Below, piece after piece: positions 13,170 through 27,532 of a stretch of DNA of 64,000 bases. The first letter of the stretch is position 1, and each line of letters begins with the position of its first letter. The stretch is from contig JBHGNT010000008.1 in NCBI GenBank assembly GCA_043228905.1, forward strand, positions 5,580,001-5,644,000, in the 5' to 3' direction. Made by a program: the position numbers and the translations under genes. This stretch comes from Azolla caroliniana (taxonomy: Eukaryota > Plantae > Polypodiophyta). The notes under the pieces were generated by a model. It was not told the origin of the DNA. It ran no database searches and was given only the letters and a program-made list of their open reading frames with translations.

Positions 13170-13280
13170 ACACACACAGAGAGAGGCAGGCAGACACAGA
13201 GAGAGAGAGAGAGAGAGAGAGATGTGTGTTAAATCAACTAACAAAGATTGACAAATAAAACAAAAATATGTACATGCATT

Positions 13281-13315
<35 letters not shown>

Positions 13316-14067
13316 CCCTATAAATGCATATGTATATATTGCAAATGTATGTACGTATGTAATGTATGTATATATGTACGTACCGAGGTACTATGTATGT
13401 ATCATGTATGTATGTATGTATGTATGTATCTATGTATGTATGTATGTATGTATGTATGTATCTATGTATGTATGTATGTATTGATGTATGTAATGTATGG
13501 TATGTATGTATGTATGTATGTATGTAATGTAATGTATGTATGCAATGTATTGTATTGTATGTATGTGTTTATGTATATATTCTATATGTAAGTGTATGTA
13601 TGCAATGTATTGTATTGTATGTGTTTATGTATATATTCTATATGTAAGTGTATGTATGCAATGTATTGTATGTATTGTGTGTCTGGATGTATTGTAAATT
13701 TGTATGTATGTATTGAATGTACGTATTGTTTGTTTGTATGTATGCATCTATCTATCTAAAGTGGACAAAAAGAAGAGAGAGAGAGAGAGAGTGGGAGAGA
13801 GTGAGTGAAAGTGACAAGTCTGATGATGAGATGAGAGGGAGGTCTTCACTTTTTTGGGTGGTTATGTATTTTGTGGGTTTTGTGTGTAGAGAGGAATTGG
13901 AGAGGTGTTTTTGATTGATGCTCTCGGGGGGTTGGATTTGTGTGTGTATGTATGTATGTATTCTTTTGGAGATGTGTACTGAGAGCATGAAAGTGGCGTG
14001 CAAGGTGGCCATCTTCTAGGAGCAAGTCACGTGACACCCCCCCCAACACACACACACACACATGCAC

Positions 14068-14116
<49 letters not shown>

Positions 14117-14120
14117 TGTG
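13170..14120. repeat. Compound microsatellite block: (GA)n, (GT)n, (TATG)n, (CATACA)n
   Basis: Visible simple repeats; the ORFs called here are repeat artefacts. Confidence 0.9.
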
Positions 14121-14166
14121 CACACACATTAATTATACATAGATAGATAGACATCCCACTATACAT

Positions 14167-14289
14167 TAACAATCGGCAACGGTTCTGTTAACCACGACTT
14201 AACGGTTTAAACAGTTCGGGTTGGTTCGGGTTTCAAAAACTTTAACCGGAGGTTCGGTTTTGACATTCTCGAACCATTGCCGATTGTTA
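14167..14289. mobile_element. 123-bp hAT-type MITE
   Basis: 18-bp TIRs taacaatcggcaacggtt / aaccattgccgattgtta (1 mismatch); perfect 8-bp TSD ctatacat at 14159-14166 and 14290-14297. Confidence 0.88.
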
Positions 14290-17149
14290 CTATACATTGA
14301 TACACATCCATCCATACTTACCTTGTAACACCAACCCCCCCAAGCCCACCTAAGGTGGACATCAAGGGGCTAGTCACGTAACACTCACTCACATATGCTA
14401 CCCACCCAAGGTGGCCATCTAGGAAGTCATGTGAGGCTTACATAAACAAACCCCATGCGTGCACGCATGCACATATGCAACCAACCTTCCCCCCCCACAC
14501 ACACATGTGAGTGGCCATGTAGGCCAAGACTGGAACCCATCCGAAAAACTAGAAACTCAACACATACATTTGTAGATGTCTACATGATGTGGGTGTGCAT
14601 ATAAATATTGTACACACACACTCACTCACAACTACACATGTCGATCTCCATGCATCCATATCTCTTATTTTGACATTGTAGATCTCTCTTCTCTTGCGAC
14701 TATGTACTACATATTACCTGCAATTACTACTATTACTATTATTAGTTTTGGTTTATGGTTACTACTCATCCTCCTCCTCAAGTATCTTATTGTAACATTG
14801 CCCTTGGTCCAAAAGGCACCCCTCCCTTGTTTGTCTTGTTTGTACATCCCCCCATCCTCATTGGATTTGTTTACGTACGGTCCATTATGCTCTCCTTCTA
14901 CCTACTCAAACTCTCTCTTTATATATATATATCTATATATCTTTCTCTCTCATTTTGTAGGCCAATTGACTCTTGGGAGACGTTATTACACTTCTTCGTC
15001 ATTGTCGTAGTCGTCATTATTGTTTCCTCCTCCTCCTCCTCCTTCTTCTTCTTCTGTGTGGTGGAACTTGAAAGGCACACATCAACCACATTGAAAGATA
15101 CAACACTAACTCACCTAAATGGAGAAATGTAGAGAGAGATCTTAGAACTCAAGATTAATCAGAGCCTAAGACGACTAGGAAGAAGGAGGAGACACCCTCT
15201 CTACAAACAAGTAAGATCTATTATTCGTAAGCAATCAAGATGAAGGGTGTTTCATGTGGCATTTTGGATGGTTTATTATGACCCATCTTACTATCTCCAA
15301 CTTTATCTTCATTTATTATTTGTCCAAATTCATTTCTCAAACTAGCAAACAAATTATGAGATATATAAAGCTTTGGTCTTATAGGCCACATTTGCTTCAT
15401 TAGAGACATTGGTACATCCACAAAGTCTCTCTCTTTCTTTTTTGCAAATGTATGTTTATATAAAACAACATGGCAATACGGAAAACCCATGCTATCCTTA
15501 CTACAATAGTAAATCTTATGGCAAGTTAAACTCTCTTAGGTGTTGCAATACTATGTGAGTTAAAGACGTCTGTTCTGCGGATAAGGTGCCTACAAAGCTT
15601 GCTTGTGAAAATTGCCAAATCAAGTTTCTTTTTAGCCTACGACCTATTGTTGTATTCCATGGAGAACAAGAACTCATTTGTCAAACTCCAATTGTAGCAC
15701 ATACTCCAATACCGAAAGTAGTAAAAAAAAAAACTTATATGAATCTATGATGGTGAGGGTAAAGCTCTCCCCCCTAAACGAGAACCAACTGAAAGGGTGA
15801 CAAAACATCCCTACTTAACGATGCCCAAGGTTAAGACATAACAACCCAATATGCCTTAGCAATTGGGCATGTAAGGAATATGTGCGTTGCATCCTTCTCG
15901 ATCGTAGTACATAACACACACACTCGCACTCAATCTCTCTCTTTCCAATCAATCTCAAATTTCCATGTGCCACAAAAGATTGAGCAATAATAATAGTATA
16001 GGCCCTAATAAGATTTAGCTGCATTGTGCAAACCAAAAAACAAAACAAAAAAACACTAAATGTTTTAAGTCATAGGGCCTCTCAACACACATATAACATT
16101 TATATTCTAATTGTTCGCCTTGCGTGCACTATAAAAGCTAAAATGTCAAAGAGAAAAGGATGCATTATCATGAAAACCAAGGTTTCCACCTTTTTTGACC
16201 TTAAATGGAGGTGTTTTGGTCAATTGGTTAATGTTATTAAAATCCTTCGCTATCATGAAAATTGAGCGTGTTTGAGAAAACTAAAAGTTTTACTTTTTAC
16301 CCAAAAAATAGTGATTCAATTAATGCTCTTAAACTCCTTAAGGATGAAAATTCTTAAGCCTTAAGAAACTTAGTAGCCTTATGGAATAGAGCGCAACTTG
16401 CCTCCCATGCAATTTCATTAAGCGTCTTAATTTTATTATGCATGCGACAACGTTTTAGCTTCTAGTAATATCTCAAATGTAATACAAAACTCGCTTAGAT
16501 ATTTTAAATAAATCCTTGTTTGTTCTCTCGTGCGCGTTATTTCTACATTCAAGCTCTCTTTGTCCACCTTCAATCAAATTCTCTTTGTCCACCTTCATGC
16601 CTCTAATTGATTGTGTTATGATTCCTCCCTCTTATCCCATAACACATACAATGAAGGCACATGTTAGTATTACTATGAGCTCTAAAGTAATCCCAACATT
16701 ATAGTTTCACTTAGGTATGAAGGGCTAAGGTTAGGGAAAGTATGACATAGGGGAAGATGACTTTATACTCGCGGGTTGAAAAGTGAGTCAATGTCATGTT
16801 GTTTGATCTAACCTACAAAGTTATCATAACCACATGCGCCTTTCAAAGCACTACACATACCCTTGCTCGATCCATAATTTTTTTTGTTTTGAGCTATCCA
16901 TCCAAATTGCCCAATGTTGGTTGCTATTCAATCAATAGTTTAAACACAATAGTTTGTACCACACACTACTTCCTGGAATGTACTTTACTTTCACCTAGTT
17001 TGCACCTATCAATCAACTAACCATTTTCCCTCACAGTTTGACAACGAAACATATACATCATCGAATGGGCCTTGCATCACTTAGCCAATATGTTATTGTC
17101 CATTGATATGTCCCTAAAGTTGTATACTCTGGTTATGATCATATATTGG

Positions 17150-17560
17150 TCAAATTTTCAAACAAGTTTCTACAATCATAAATACTTTCACGTTAAAATA
17201 ATATTATTTTGGAAGTGGGATAATCTAAAAAATGCATCCTCTTTATTTATGAAAGTAAATTTTATGTTGGTGATTCATATTCTTTTCAAAAGCATGTGCG
17301 CAGTCCAAAATTCTCCACCACTCGATTGTTTTATGCAATTTTGTGTACAACTCATATGCATTGTATGTAATTTGAGTTCTTTGATAATTCTAGAATAGCT
17401 TGAGCACCTTCTTCCACATTATTTTTTTGCATTTAGAGTTTTGTAGTTTATAGTAAAAGAGATTGCCACAAACCGTTTCATTGTTGTGAAAAACATGTCG
17501 AAACTTCAGGTAAGATTTTGTTGCAACAAATTTGTATAATTTGCTATCGTCTGAGCCATG
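17150..17560 (-). pseudogene. Possible highly decayed hAT-like transposase C-terminal fragment
   Basis: Only short motifs in broken frames (FDMFFTTMK, IEWWRILD) resembling the hAT dimerisation region; weak. Confidence 0.25.
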
Positions 17561-18059
17561 TTTACAAACATGTTCTATATGTTTATAGTGAGCTCAACAT
17601 AGAATTTCCAGCATGAAATTGCATGGTCAAAGTTCAGATCAATTTTCTATATCCACTCTAGAAAAACTTGTCCAAAACATTATTAACTCCATGATATATT
17701 TTTCTACATGGATAAAGCACATGTGTTGTATTTCTACCATTTACGAAACTACTATGTGTTGTATTTTTGCCATTTACGAAACTGCTAGAATTTTTCTTCA
17801 ATTAGTAAATTAGACCTTCATGTTATTGCACAATCCATTAAGATTCAATGCCGTGAACGTTCTTGTTTTGTTCACCACATTGATGCTCACCACATTGATG
17901 TGAGTTTATAGTTGAAAATCATAGTTCTTTAATTAATCTTATAATTTGCCAATGTTTATATATATTAGCTATATATGCTCAATAAGTAGCTATTTTATCT
18001 CTATAAATTGTTCGATGAATTAGTAATTACATATCATGTTTTGGATATTGGTAGTTTTC

Positions 18060-19965
18060 TTGGCTACATAAGGAGGGCGTATCATCTAATTGTGCTCGAT
18101 CTCGTTTGCAAGCTGAAACACAGAAACATTGTCTATGGGACTGCCTTGAGTCTCAATTGGTATGGAAACTCATTCTAAGAATATTTTCCAATTACTTTCC
18201 CAATCAATCCTAAATCAATGGCCCATGGTGGTTTGGATATCACTTGTCCGCTCTAGTTTTCATTATGATCCTGAATCAATGGGCCATGGTTTTCACACTA
18301 GCTCCAGAATAGTTCATGTACTTCTATTAATGTCCATGCAGTTTTTAGGAAGAAGGAAGGAGGTGCAACCATTATGGGAGGTATTGAGTAGTACTACTAT
18401 ATATTACATCAAGAAGGCTAGTTGCTCTCTCATTTTTCATCAAGCTAGAGTATCTCCAATTGAATTGGTATGTAATATTTAGTTGTACATGGTCCATATT
18501 TTAAAGGGACAATGGGATTGTATTATTGGAGATTCTAAAGATAAAGCCGCTCAACATCATTATCTTACTCTGTGGAAAACTACTCCACTTATGTCCTCGA
18601 AGATGGCAATTCTTTTTGGCACTTTCAGCCACCAAGATGGTTGTTCTATCAGCCGATCACTTAAGAATCAAAACTATGTAATTTGCTTACACTAATGAAT
18701 GAATATCTTTTATAAATGATATATTATTGGCTGTGAAGGGTATCTCACCTAATGGGTGCATCTCTTATTTTGAGGTTCTTGATAACAATAGAATGCAGCC
18801 TCATGCTTTTGACTGCAACTACTTTCAACATGTGTGGAATGCACCAGTCAGAGTGATTGCAAAAATGGGAAAGAAGTGGCTGCCGAATCCTCATCCTTCT
18901 ATTGCTCATATGTGTGATATGATGTGGTTGTATGCAAAAGAACCTGTTGCAAGACTACTATGGGATCCGGGGGGCTGGTTCTGGACATATTCCTTGGGGG
19001 AACATATCATAAGGAAGGTCATTAGTAAGGTCTATGAATGTAATGGCGCCAACAGCACAAAAACATTGGACTAACTAGGGTGTTTCAACGTTGCAGTTGA
19101 AAACATATTGGAGATGGATATGGTCTTTCAAGGGGCCTTCTAAATTTATTCTTTTTAGATGGCTATTAGTGCATGTTGCATTACCAGTTGGCCAGACATT
19201 AAAAGGGAATGTAGCGCATAATCTCAGGCAATGTGGATTTTGCTCCGCAACGCCGAAGACTACTAAGCATGCCCTCTGGTCTTGTCCCTTGGCTCAGCAA
19301 GTATGGAATAAAGTTCTTTCTTTATTCCTAACAATCAATGTTGGTTGCTTGTTCTCATGGGGAGCAATGGTGTGGGGAATATTACACTCCAGCCTAATTG
19401 TATGATGTAGATGATATACAAGAGGCCATGACGGCATATAATAGAAGATTGATATCAATTAGTCCGTTTCAGCAACCTCGAAAGCAGATGCGATCTGTCC
19501 AGATCTGGAAAATTGTGACTACGATAACATTATGGGTATTATGAAAATGTAGATGCAGTCGACTTTACGATGCTGCAAAGCTTGGCATTCCAGAGGTATT
19601 GCTTGAGATATGGGAAACATTGTTGACAGTAGTTCGTGGGCAGTATGATAACATGTCTGGTTCTCCAAAAAATATTCATAAAAGAAGGATGAAGCTTCTT
19701 CACTTATGGAGGAAGGTGCCTCTCTTTGTAATGACAAACCAAAGACCTCAATGGAATTATCATCTTCCATGAACCCTTTCTTGATATAAAATCAACATTT
19801 TAATGTATCGTTTAAGGCTTAACAACCCTATATAAGCTGTTTTTGTATGTACAAGTTTAGGTGTACATACATTACGTTGTAAGCCTACAGGCAGATAACT
19901 TTTACTTGTACTTTCTCGATGTTTTAATACTATTGAAGAAAATCTTTTATAAATAAAAAAAAAAA
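18060..19965 (+). mobile_element. 5'-truncated degenerate LINE 3' end with zf-RVT motifs and poly(A) tail
   Basis: AETQKHCLWDCLESQLVWK (~18110); YWRWIWSFKGPSKFILFRWLLVH...CGFCSATPKTTKHALWSCPLAQQVW (19091-19405); AATAAA plus A-run at 19952-19965. Confidence 0.75.
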
Positions 19966-21102
19966 CTAGGGAGCTTGCATGATTATATCATGATTGATAT
20001 TAACTCGATTTGGGCTAGGGCATACATACATGCACATGTTTTATTCAATACATTGTCCACTTGTTCACACATATATGTGCATATGTATATAGATTCATAC
20101 ATTCATTGGCACACATGTATACATCCATCCATTCTTGGGCACATCCATACATTCATAGGATCACATTTAGTTGGCTCAATAATTCATATTTACACACATT
20201 TGGACTATTCTACATGAGTATATGTATATACAAGTAGATAGTGCATTTCATGGGGGCATGCTCACTAAGCCTTTCGCCAAGAATCAATTCACAAATGAAA
20301 AATGAGAATGTGACCATGCTAGACAATGTTGCATGATCCAACTAGAAGGCTTACAAAAGTCTAAGTTTGTTATGATTTGTTCTTTCCACTTTATGTTCTC
20401 AATGTGCATGCTTATTACAATAGGAAAATTGTGGTACCACCACAATAAGTGGTAGCAAATGTACCACCTGAGCATGCTTACGCCCATATATTTATATTGG
20501 TGGAAGAAGAACCATGTACTTATAGTGGATAGATATTAATATTACTTGCCTCATTAAACTATGGCGATCATTAAAATAATGCCTTCAAATAAATGTTTTC
20601 TCAAAATTTGCCATCCTTATAAGCTCAAGTCACAACTCAATCCCTAATATAATTTGCATTGACATGAAATTAAGGATAGGTTTTGGCCTATTAGTATTGG
20701 TAGGCACATGAAACTCTATTTTGTTCAATAGAATGATATCATTTTGCTATAAAATTATGGCTCGGGTGCTTAAATTGAATCACGTGCCTGTTTATGAGAC
20801 GTCAAGACTTTTAGTAAATATGAGTCATATTTGCTCAATCGGGGTGTTTTCATACAAGTGACCCATCTAATATAGTCATGTTTTTACTGAAACAAAACAC
20901 ATGATTGATGCATTTCTATATTGTGTAAAAGATTGTAATGTTTATAAACTCAATGTTTGATGAACGAAATCTAAAGTGATGGGTTTACACTATGCGTTTT
21001 TGTAAAAAACGCAACACATTTTCGATGTTTTTCTTTAAAAATTTTGCACAGTAACCTTAACTTTTGAAAATCCAAGGATTGAACTATTAGGTAGGATTAC
21101 AC

Positions 21103-21179
<77 letters not shown>

Positions 21180-21180
<1 letters not shown>

Positions 21181-21372
21181 CCCATATGGATGTAGCTCAG
21201 TTGGTAAGGTTGCCCAATGGAGACCCGGTGGTCATGGGTTTAAGCCCTACATTTCATAGTGGCATCTAGTGAATTAAGAGATATGTATGGAGTATATAAT
21301 AGAGAGATGAGTAAATTTGGGTTTCAAACCCAAGACATAGTGACTTGTAGTGTAACAATTTACCAAAGATAA
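21180..21372 (+). mobile_element. tRNA-derived SINE-like / tRNA pseudogene fragment inside a (TA)n(GA)n microsatellite
   Basis: A-box TAGCTCAGTTGG at 21193, degenerate B-box GGTTTAAGCCC at 21237 (tRNA spacing); no intact cloverleaf; GA runs on both sides. Confidence 0.55.
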
Positions 21373-23849
21373 GAGAGAGAGAGAGAGAGAGAGAGAGAAC
21401 TCATGGGTTCATGCATAACATTTCTACGTAGTGGTGTACAATTGCAATGTGGTGGGAACTTTGTTATTGGCAAAATACTTCATGCCCATGTTCTACCAAT
21501 GTCAAGTGTATGAAAACCTCAAAAAACAATTATTCTAGCGTTTAACTTGATATAATTAGTCACACACTAATCACTCTTTATTTGATTTTGACACCATATG
21601 TTACCTATAACATGTTTACACGAAAAAACCACATCAATAATCCATATTGTAATATATAATTGATGAATCTGAATATGTTAACTTTAACTATCCAAATAAT
21701 ATGTGAATCTTTTGAGTATGGTATCCGTTTCCTTGTGAGTAAAGAGAGACACGATGATGACAAATTATCGTCCTTTGGAGTCAAGTAGCATGACATGAAG
21801 ATGGAGAAAAAGAGGTAGAGATTTTGATAGAATAATTAACTAACTAGCTTTAATTGCAAGGTTTCCTTACAAGATATAACAACCACTCTAATCATCATGG
21901 ACCACTATCACAGAAATGAGCAAAGTAAGTGAATACAAAAGTTGTACAAAGTGTGGTAGTTTAATAAGAGAATTAATTATCCATCAACACACAAACATAA
22001 TGAATATATCATTTGACATGATTATAGGCACAAACATCTTGTTATGAACTTGGTTTCTAAGTATGAGTGAGTAAATCAATCTATAAAACATATTGCCTGA
22101 GTTACATATCAAATTCTATGTGGCAAAAACTATAAAGTATAATGTTTTTTTTACTGCACATGTGGAAAATTCTAGGATGCCTTTTAATTTGTTTCGGCCA
22201 AAACATTTGATACCATGGGTAGTCTAGTTTGTTTTTTACAGTGTCCAAAACTTTGACATTTCTTAAAATTGTAAGACTCTTATGTGACCATCGTTTTCAT
22301 ACTTTCAAAGGCCTTTAAGTGTAGTTGATCTCCTTCTTGCCCTTATTTTTATTGAAACAACTTATCTCTCCTTGTCTCATGCAACAGGACCATGTTACTA
22401 GAATGTGGCATTCTCCATCTCACCTCTTTATGTGGATATAATTAGATTGTGCAGTGAAGGATTGTATTTGGTGAATGCTTTACCCTCAAAGATTAAGCTT
22501 GAGAGGATTTTGTGAAAGAGATTGACACATTCTCTTACCCATTTATTTCTCCAATGTACGTTTTCTTCAAATATGACTACTTAAGATAATCATTGTAAGC
22601 TGTCAATCCTTTTCATAGTCTCTTCAAGGTTTTAATAGCCTTAAGGGTCCTCGAGTAGTCAACTTGTACTATAGAGTGGTGGTCCTTTGATCTACTACGT
22701 TTATAAAGATGGAAAGTCCTTTCATAATGGCATATCTAAAATTTTGAGTCGTAGATAATCCATGGTAAGTTTGAAGTTGGAGATTTTTTGTAGCCATAGA
22801 ACATAGAAAGTGTGTCACACAACTTCTTCACATTACAAAAAGTTTAATTATTCAATTGTGTTGCACTTGGATTTAAATTAAGACACGGGCAACCTTATAC
22901 CCTTTAGAAAGCCTTTAGGTTAGACCCAAGTTTGTTGTTTATATGGTAATGCAAACCCATGGTACATATGCTGGATCAATTTGTTGTTGCAAGCTTGTAG
23001 AAAAACCACTTGTATGCATTAGGAGAAAACATTTAGCGAACTTAACCTATACAAAATGTATTGCTTAAGTGATTGTTGGATAATATAAAATGCAAATTCT
23101 TTTGGACTTTGGATATTTATTACTCAGTCCCATTTGTTTACTAGCTAGAACTTAGTCACTCTCATTCTATCTTTCACTTTGAATGACACTAGTCTCTACT
23201 TTCATTTTCTCCCCAAATCTCTCTCACTCCTGAATTCACTATCACTGGCTCAAATCTTTTTGTCGCTCTCGCTTTCCATTTCTCTGTTTCTCTTTCTCTC
23301 TCTCTCTCTACCTTTAGTATGCCAGTATTGCTTTTGGAGTTTAATATGAGCACACTCCCTCTTATCAATCTCCTCTCCACACACACACTCTCTCTCATAA
23401 TTTCTCCCACTCTATCTTGAATATCTCTTTCAAATTGTCCCAATTTCTCTCCCTCCCTCTCTCTCTCTCTCTCCCTCTCTCTCCCTCTCTCAAAGACCTA
23501 TTATGAGACATAAACAAAAAAGGAATAGATGTAAGATATGAAATAAATGATTTGGAAGATGGGATGCAATGCCCTTGCTTCATGAAACCTTAATAGATGA
23601 CTAGGTAAATGAAGTTTTTTTGCAACATCAATATATCACAACAAGGTAGAGTTGTGGAGGTTTGTGCATCAAATCTTATATTACATATGTTGTACAAATT
23701 ACAAAATTATCTTCTTTTCTAAATGGGAAAAACATACTCACCATACATGCTAGATCCCACCCCCTTATCCACCGTCCACACCATGGCTTCCATATAATTT
23801 AGCTCACATTCTTTTTTATGTGAGGCAATAGTCCAATGCTTGTACCTAT

Positions 23850-23884
<35 letters not shown>

Positions 23885-24041
23885 GTGGTCACTGCCCATT
23901 TGCGCTTCTAGCAGAAATGGCGGAACACACCGATGGTGACGCAAGGAGGAAACGACTCAAGGTGGAACTACCAACCCCCACATTGGATGTTTCCTACTCA
24001 CCTCCCACCCACCCTTTGTTGTAGGCCACAATATCTGGCTG

Positions 24042-24429
24042 TAACAATCAGCAACGATTCGGTTTCAACAGTTAAAAACCGTGGTTTAACGATTTTTTAT
24101 TTTTTTATTAAAATTTTTTATTTAACTTAAAAAGAAAATGTAAAAAATGATTTTTTTTAAAAAAAATTGTTTTTAAATAATATTTTCATGCCTTATTCTC
24201 ACATTTTGGGAAAATTTAAAAATTAAAAAAAAATTACAAAAATTAAAAAAATTAAAAACTACGGTTTTACCGATTTAATGGCTTAATGGTTTGAAATTTT
24301 TTTAATGGTTCAATTTAACGGTTTCGTGGTTCGGTTCGGTTTGGTTCAGGTTTCAACATCTCTAAACCCTAAACTGGTTTGGTTTGGACCCTCTCAAACC
24401 AAACCGAACCAAACCGTTGCCGATGATGA
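24042..24429. mobile_element. Longer relative of the hAT MITE at 14167
   Basis: Ends taacaatcagcaacgatt / aaccgttgccgatgatga; internal (c)ggtt/aaccg subterminal repeats; no TSD recognised. Confidence 0.65.
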
Positions 24430-24854
24430 AGGTCACTAGTTTATAACTATAGGTACTTACTTACATTAAGTAGTCAATTTGAAAGGATATGTATGTCGTC
24501 TCATATTCTTGAACTCGGTCAGAGGGTGATTACCTGATTTATGTATAAGTGAGCTTGTATAATCTTTCTATAATAATCTCTCATTACTAATGAGAATTTA
24601 CTTTGATTAAGGAAACATATTTTAAGCACTTGCTTTTAATTTACTTTAAATGTCAATCTCAACTTTGAAAATATTTTCTTTTTGGAAAACAAAAATCCAC
24701 TTTCAATTCCTTAGGTCATATTTGATCTCTGTGGATGATAATAGAATATAGTTATTGATCTATCTCTTTATGTTCATCCACATAAAAACTTGATAAAGAT
24801 GCATAAAACAAGACAAGGGTTTAATTTGTAGATTCAGAAACCTTTTTGAAAAAG

Positions 24855-26099
24855 TGTCATGAAAGGGAATAAGGTAATGTTCTAATAGATGTAGTACGGT
24901 AATAGGGAAGAGAATGTTCTAATAGATGTGGTTAGGTTATATGTATGTTATAATTGTTGTAGTCTTTGGAATCACATAATGTCGTGACTTGAGAGTAGGA
25001 GAGAGAGAAAGAAGATTGGTGTTGAACCAAATGAGTTCGTATGAATTAGTATACACCTATTTATAGGTCCTTATGGAGTATTGTAGAATGTTCTAGAGTA
25101 TTTTAGATATTTTAGATATTTAGGATAATCATGGATTATTCTAGAATGTTCTAGAATGGTTTAGAATACTCGAAATATCTTATAATAATTAATAATATAA
25201 TTACTATAATTATATATTATATATCTTTGTATGTGTTATCATAATGGCTAAGAGGTTGTGGGTTTGTCTCCTTCTAAGCCAAAATGTATGTAATCATGAC
25301 ATTATCCCCCCTTTTCAACGACGAGTTCCACAAGTCGTAAGACAAGACTTCAAACTTCGCTTATGGGGATATTTGGTGTGAAAAGTAGCAACCATAGTAG
25401 AGGTGTTAGCAAGATTCTGTGTAGGCTCCCATGTTCAATCGTTAGGTGTATAATTTAACCAGTCAACCAAATAATATAGTTTGTTGTGGACGATCTTGGA
25501 GTCAAGAACAACAACTTCATATTCGGATCCATATGAAACTTCAACTAGAGGTGGGGAGGGAGATGTAACACGACCCGGAAGAGAGCTTGTTGTGTATGAC
25601 TCCAAAAGTGAAACATGGAAGACCGGGTGAAGATGCATATGAGGAGGTTAGATCAAGTTGAAATGCCACATCATTGATCTTACCAAATATCGCATATGGG
25701 CCAAAACACTGATAATCCAGTTTATAGCAAGTTCTCGTGGTTTTAATGTTACCTTGTAAGAGCCATACTCGATCAACCACTTGAAACTTAGTCGATGAAT
25801 CACATCGATGATGATCGACAACCTTCTTGTGAGAGTTTTGAGCATCACATAAATTGTGCGAAAGGATAACCTGAAATTCTTGGAGTCGGGTGAGTTGATC
25901 TTCAATAGCTGGGTTTGTCGGGAGTTTTGGATGTTCAAGCATTGTCCAACGACGATGGTACCCAATGCTTGCGAAAAATGGTTAATATCCAATAGAAGAA
26001 TGTTCAGAGTTGTTGTAAGCAAATTCTGCCAAATGTAGGAGATTGACCCAATCATCTTGTTGATAGTTGATAAAACAACAAAGATATTGCTCCAATGTC
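24855..26099 (-). mobile_element. Old Tcn1-like chromovirus, 3' part (3' LTR 24855-25301, PPT, chromodomain, integrase C-terminus); host of the nest
   Basis: TGTCA..TGACA LTR; PPT at 25302-25315; YEVVVLDSKIVHNKLYYLVDW chromodomain; frameshifted homologue of the 43735-47292 Pol. Confidence 0.85.
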
Positions 26100-27532
26100 T
26101 GGTTTGTAGAACAGATATGAGCGGAAGAACGTGTGAGGACCTGTTAGTTTGTGAACAACAAACAACACAAACATGCAACACAAGAAGAAACAGTAGATCG
26201 ATAGAGATTGGAGCTTCAATGGATGTTCTTGTTATTTTGTAACTCTCTCTCTAAAAGACTCAAGATACAAACTTTTAGAGCTTATATACTAAGCCCTAAC
26301 TATTTGGACGTGTTCACACTTATGGATACTGTTGAGCGGCAAGCTCAACTGGAGCCGGATCGACTGGATAAGCCTGAGCCAGTGAGCAAGACAGATCGGT
26401 AAGCCGGTGAGCAACCGAGCCGACAAGCAACAGAGCCGGTGAGCTGGGGAGTCGGTTAGCCGGATCCAATCGGTAACCGGAAGCCTAGTATTAGTTTAGA
26501 CTACTAGGCAGTTATAGTCTCGTAGTAAGTGTCAGATGCTCGTGTGAGCATTGAAGTACGCGGTACTTCTGTCAGTCCCACGAGGACTTGTATAAATAGT
26601 GCTACTGAGCATAGTTGTAAGTGACACAGAGAGTGTGTTTTATATTGTTTTGAATATAACTTTTACGTTCTGCTCTCTCTCTCTCTCTCTGCCTCTCCCG
26701 TGTACTCTGTGTATTCTCTGCTTTCTCTATTTTCTAACGCTTCCACAAGTAATTGTTTACATGGTATCAGAGCGCGAGGGTTGAGAACCTCTACATCCGA
26801 CAAACGCTTGAGAGCAAACCCTAACAAGTCGTAAGAACAACAGACAGAGAAGTGATGGATAGAGGAATGGCTAGATGGCTCCCTATGAAGAAACTCGACA
26901 GATCCAACTACGCATCTTGGTCATACAAGATGCACCAGTACCTGCTTGCGCATGGCTACTGGAGTTTTGTCGAAGGAGCCAACGAAACAACACCTGATGC
27001 GGCATATAAGGATTTCCTAGTGTGGGAACAATCAACAAGCAGAGTGATGTACTGCTTCGCATCCAGTGTCGGAGACCAGCTGCTGAGCCACATTCGGGAT
27101 GCCAAGACGCCGAAGGAGGCTTGGGGAAACCTGAAGAAGGTTTTCGCCGCGAGCACTACAACCCGGAAGCTGCAACTCCGACAGGAGTTAAGCAATGTCC
27201 GATAGAAGGACATGTCGGTGGCGGATTACACGGCCCGGATCAAAGAGATCTGTACTCGCTTGCCTCTATCAACGTTACCGTAGAGGAAGACGAGATGGTA
27301 CAGGTTTGTCTTGGGGGCTTGGCGTCTAAGTTCAGAGCGTTCTGAACGGTGGTATGTACAAGGGAGAATACACCGTCATTTTTCGACTTACAATCGATGC
27401 TCCTTGTAGAGGAGAACCACGCCGGTGCGTCAACTAGCGCACCCATTGATAGCTGGATGCTGTACACGGAAGCGGATCGGTCCCGTGGGCGTGGTGGACG
27501 AGGCGGGTCGGCACACAATGGAGGCGGCCGGC

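Noticed and set aside
13248-14172. ORFs rich in C/V/Y/M
   Set aside because: Translations of (GT)n, (TATG)n and (CATACA)n microsatellites.
15221-15490. 89-aa ORF with a GFPYCH SWIM-like motif
   Set aside because: No convincing motif spacing or adjacent transposase sequence; cannot assign.
21187-21260. Functional tRNA gene
   Set aside because: B-box degenerate; acceptor and anticodon stems do not pair.
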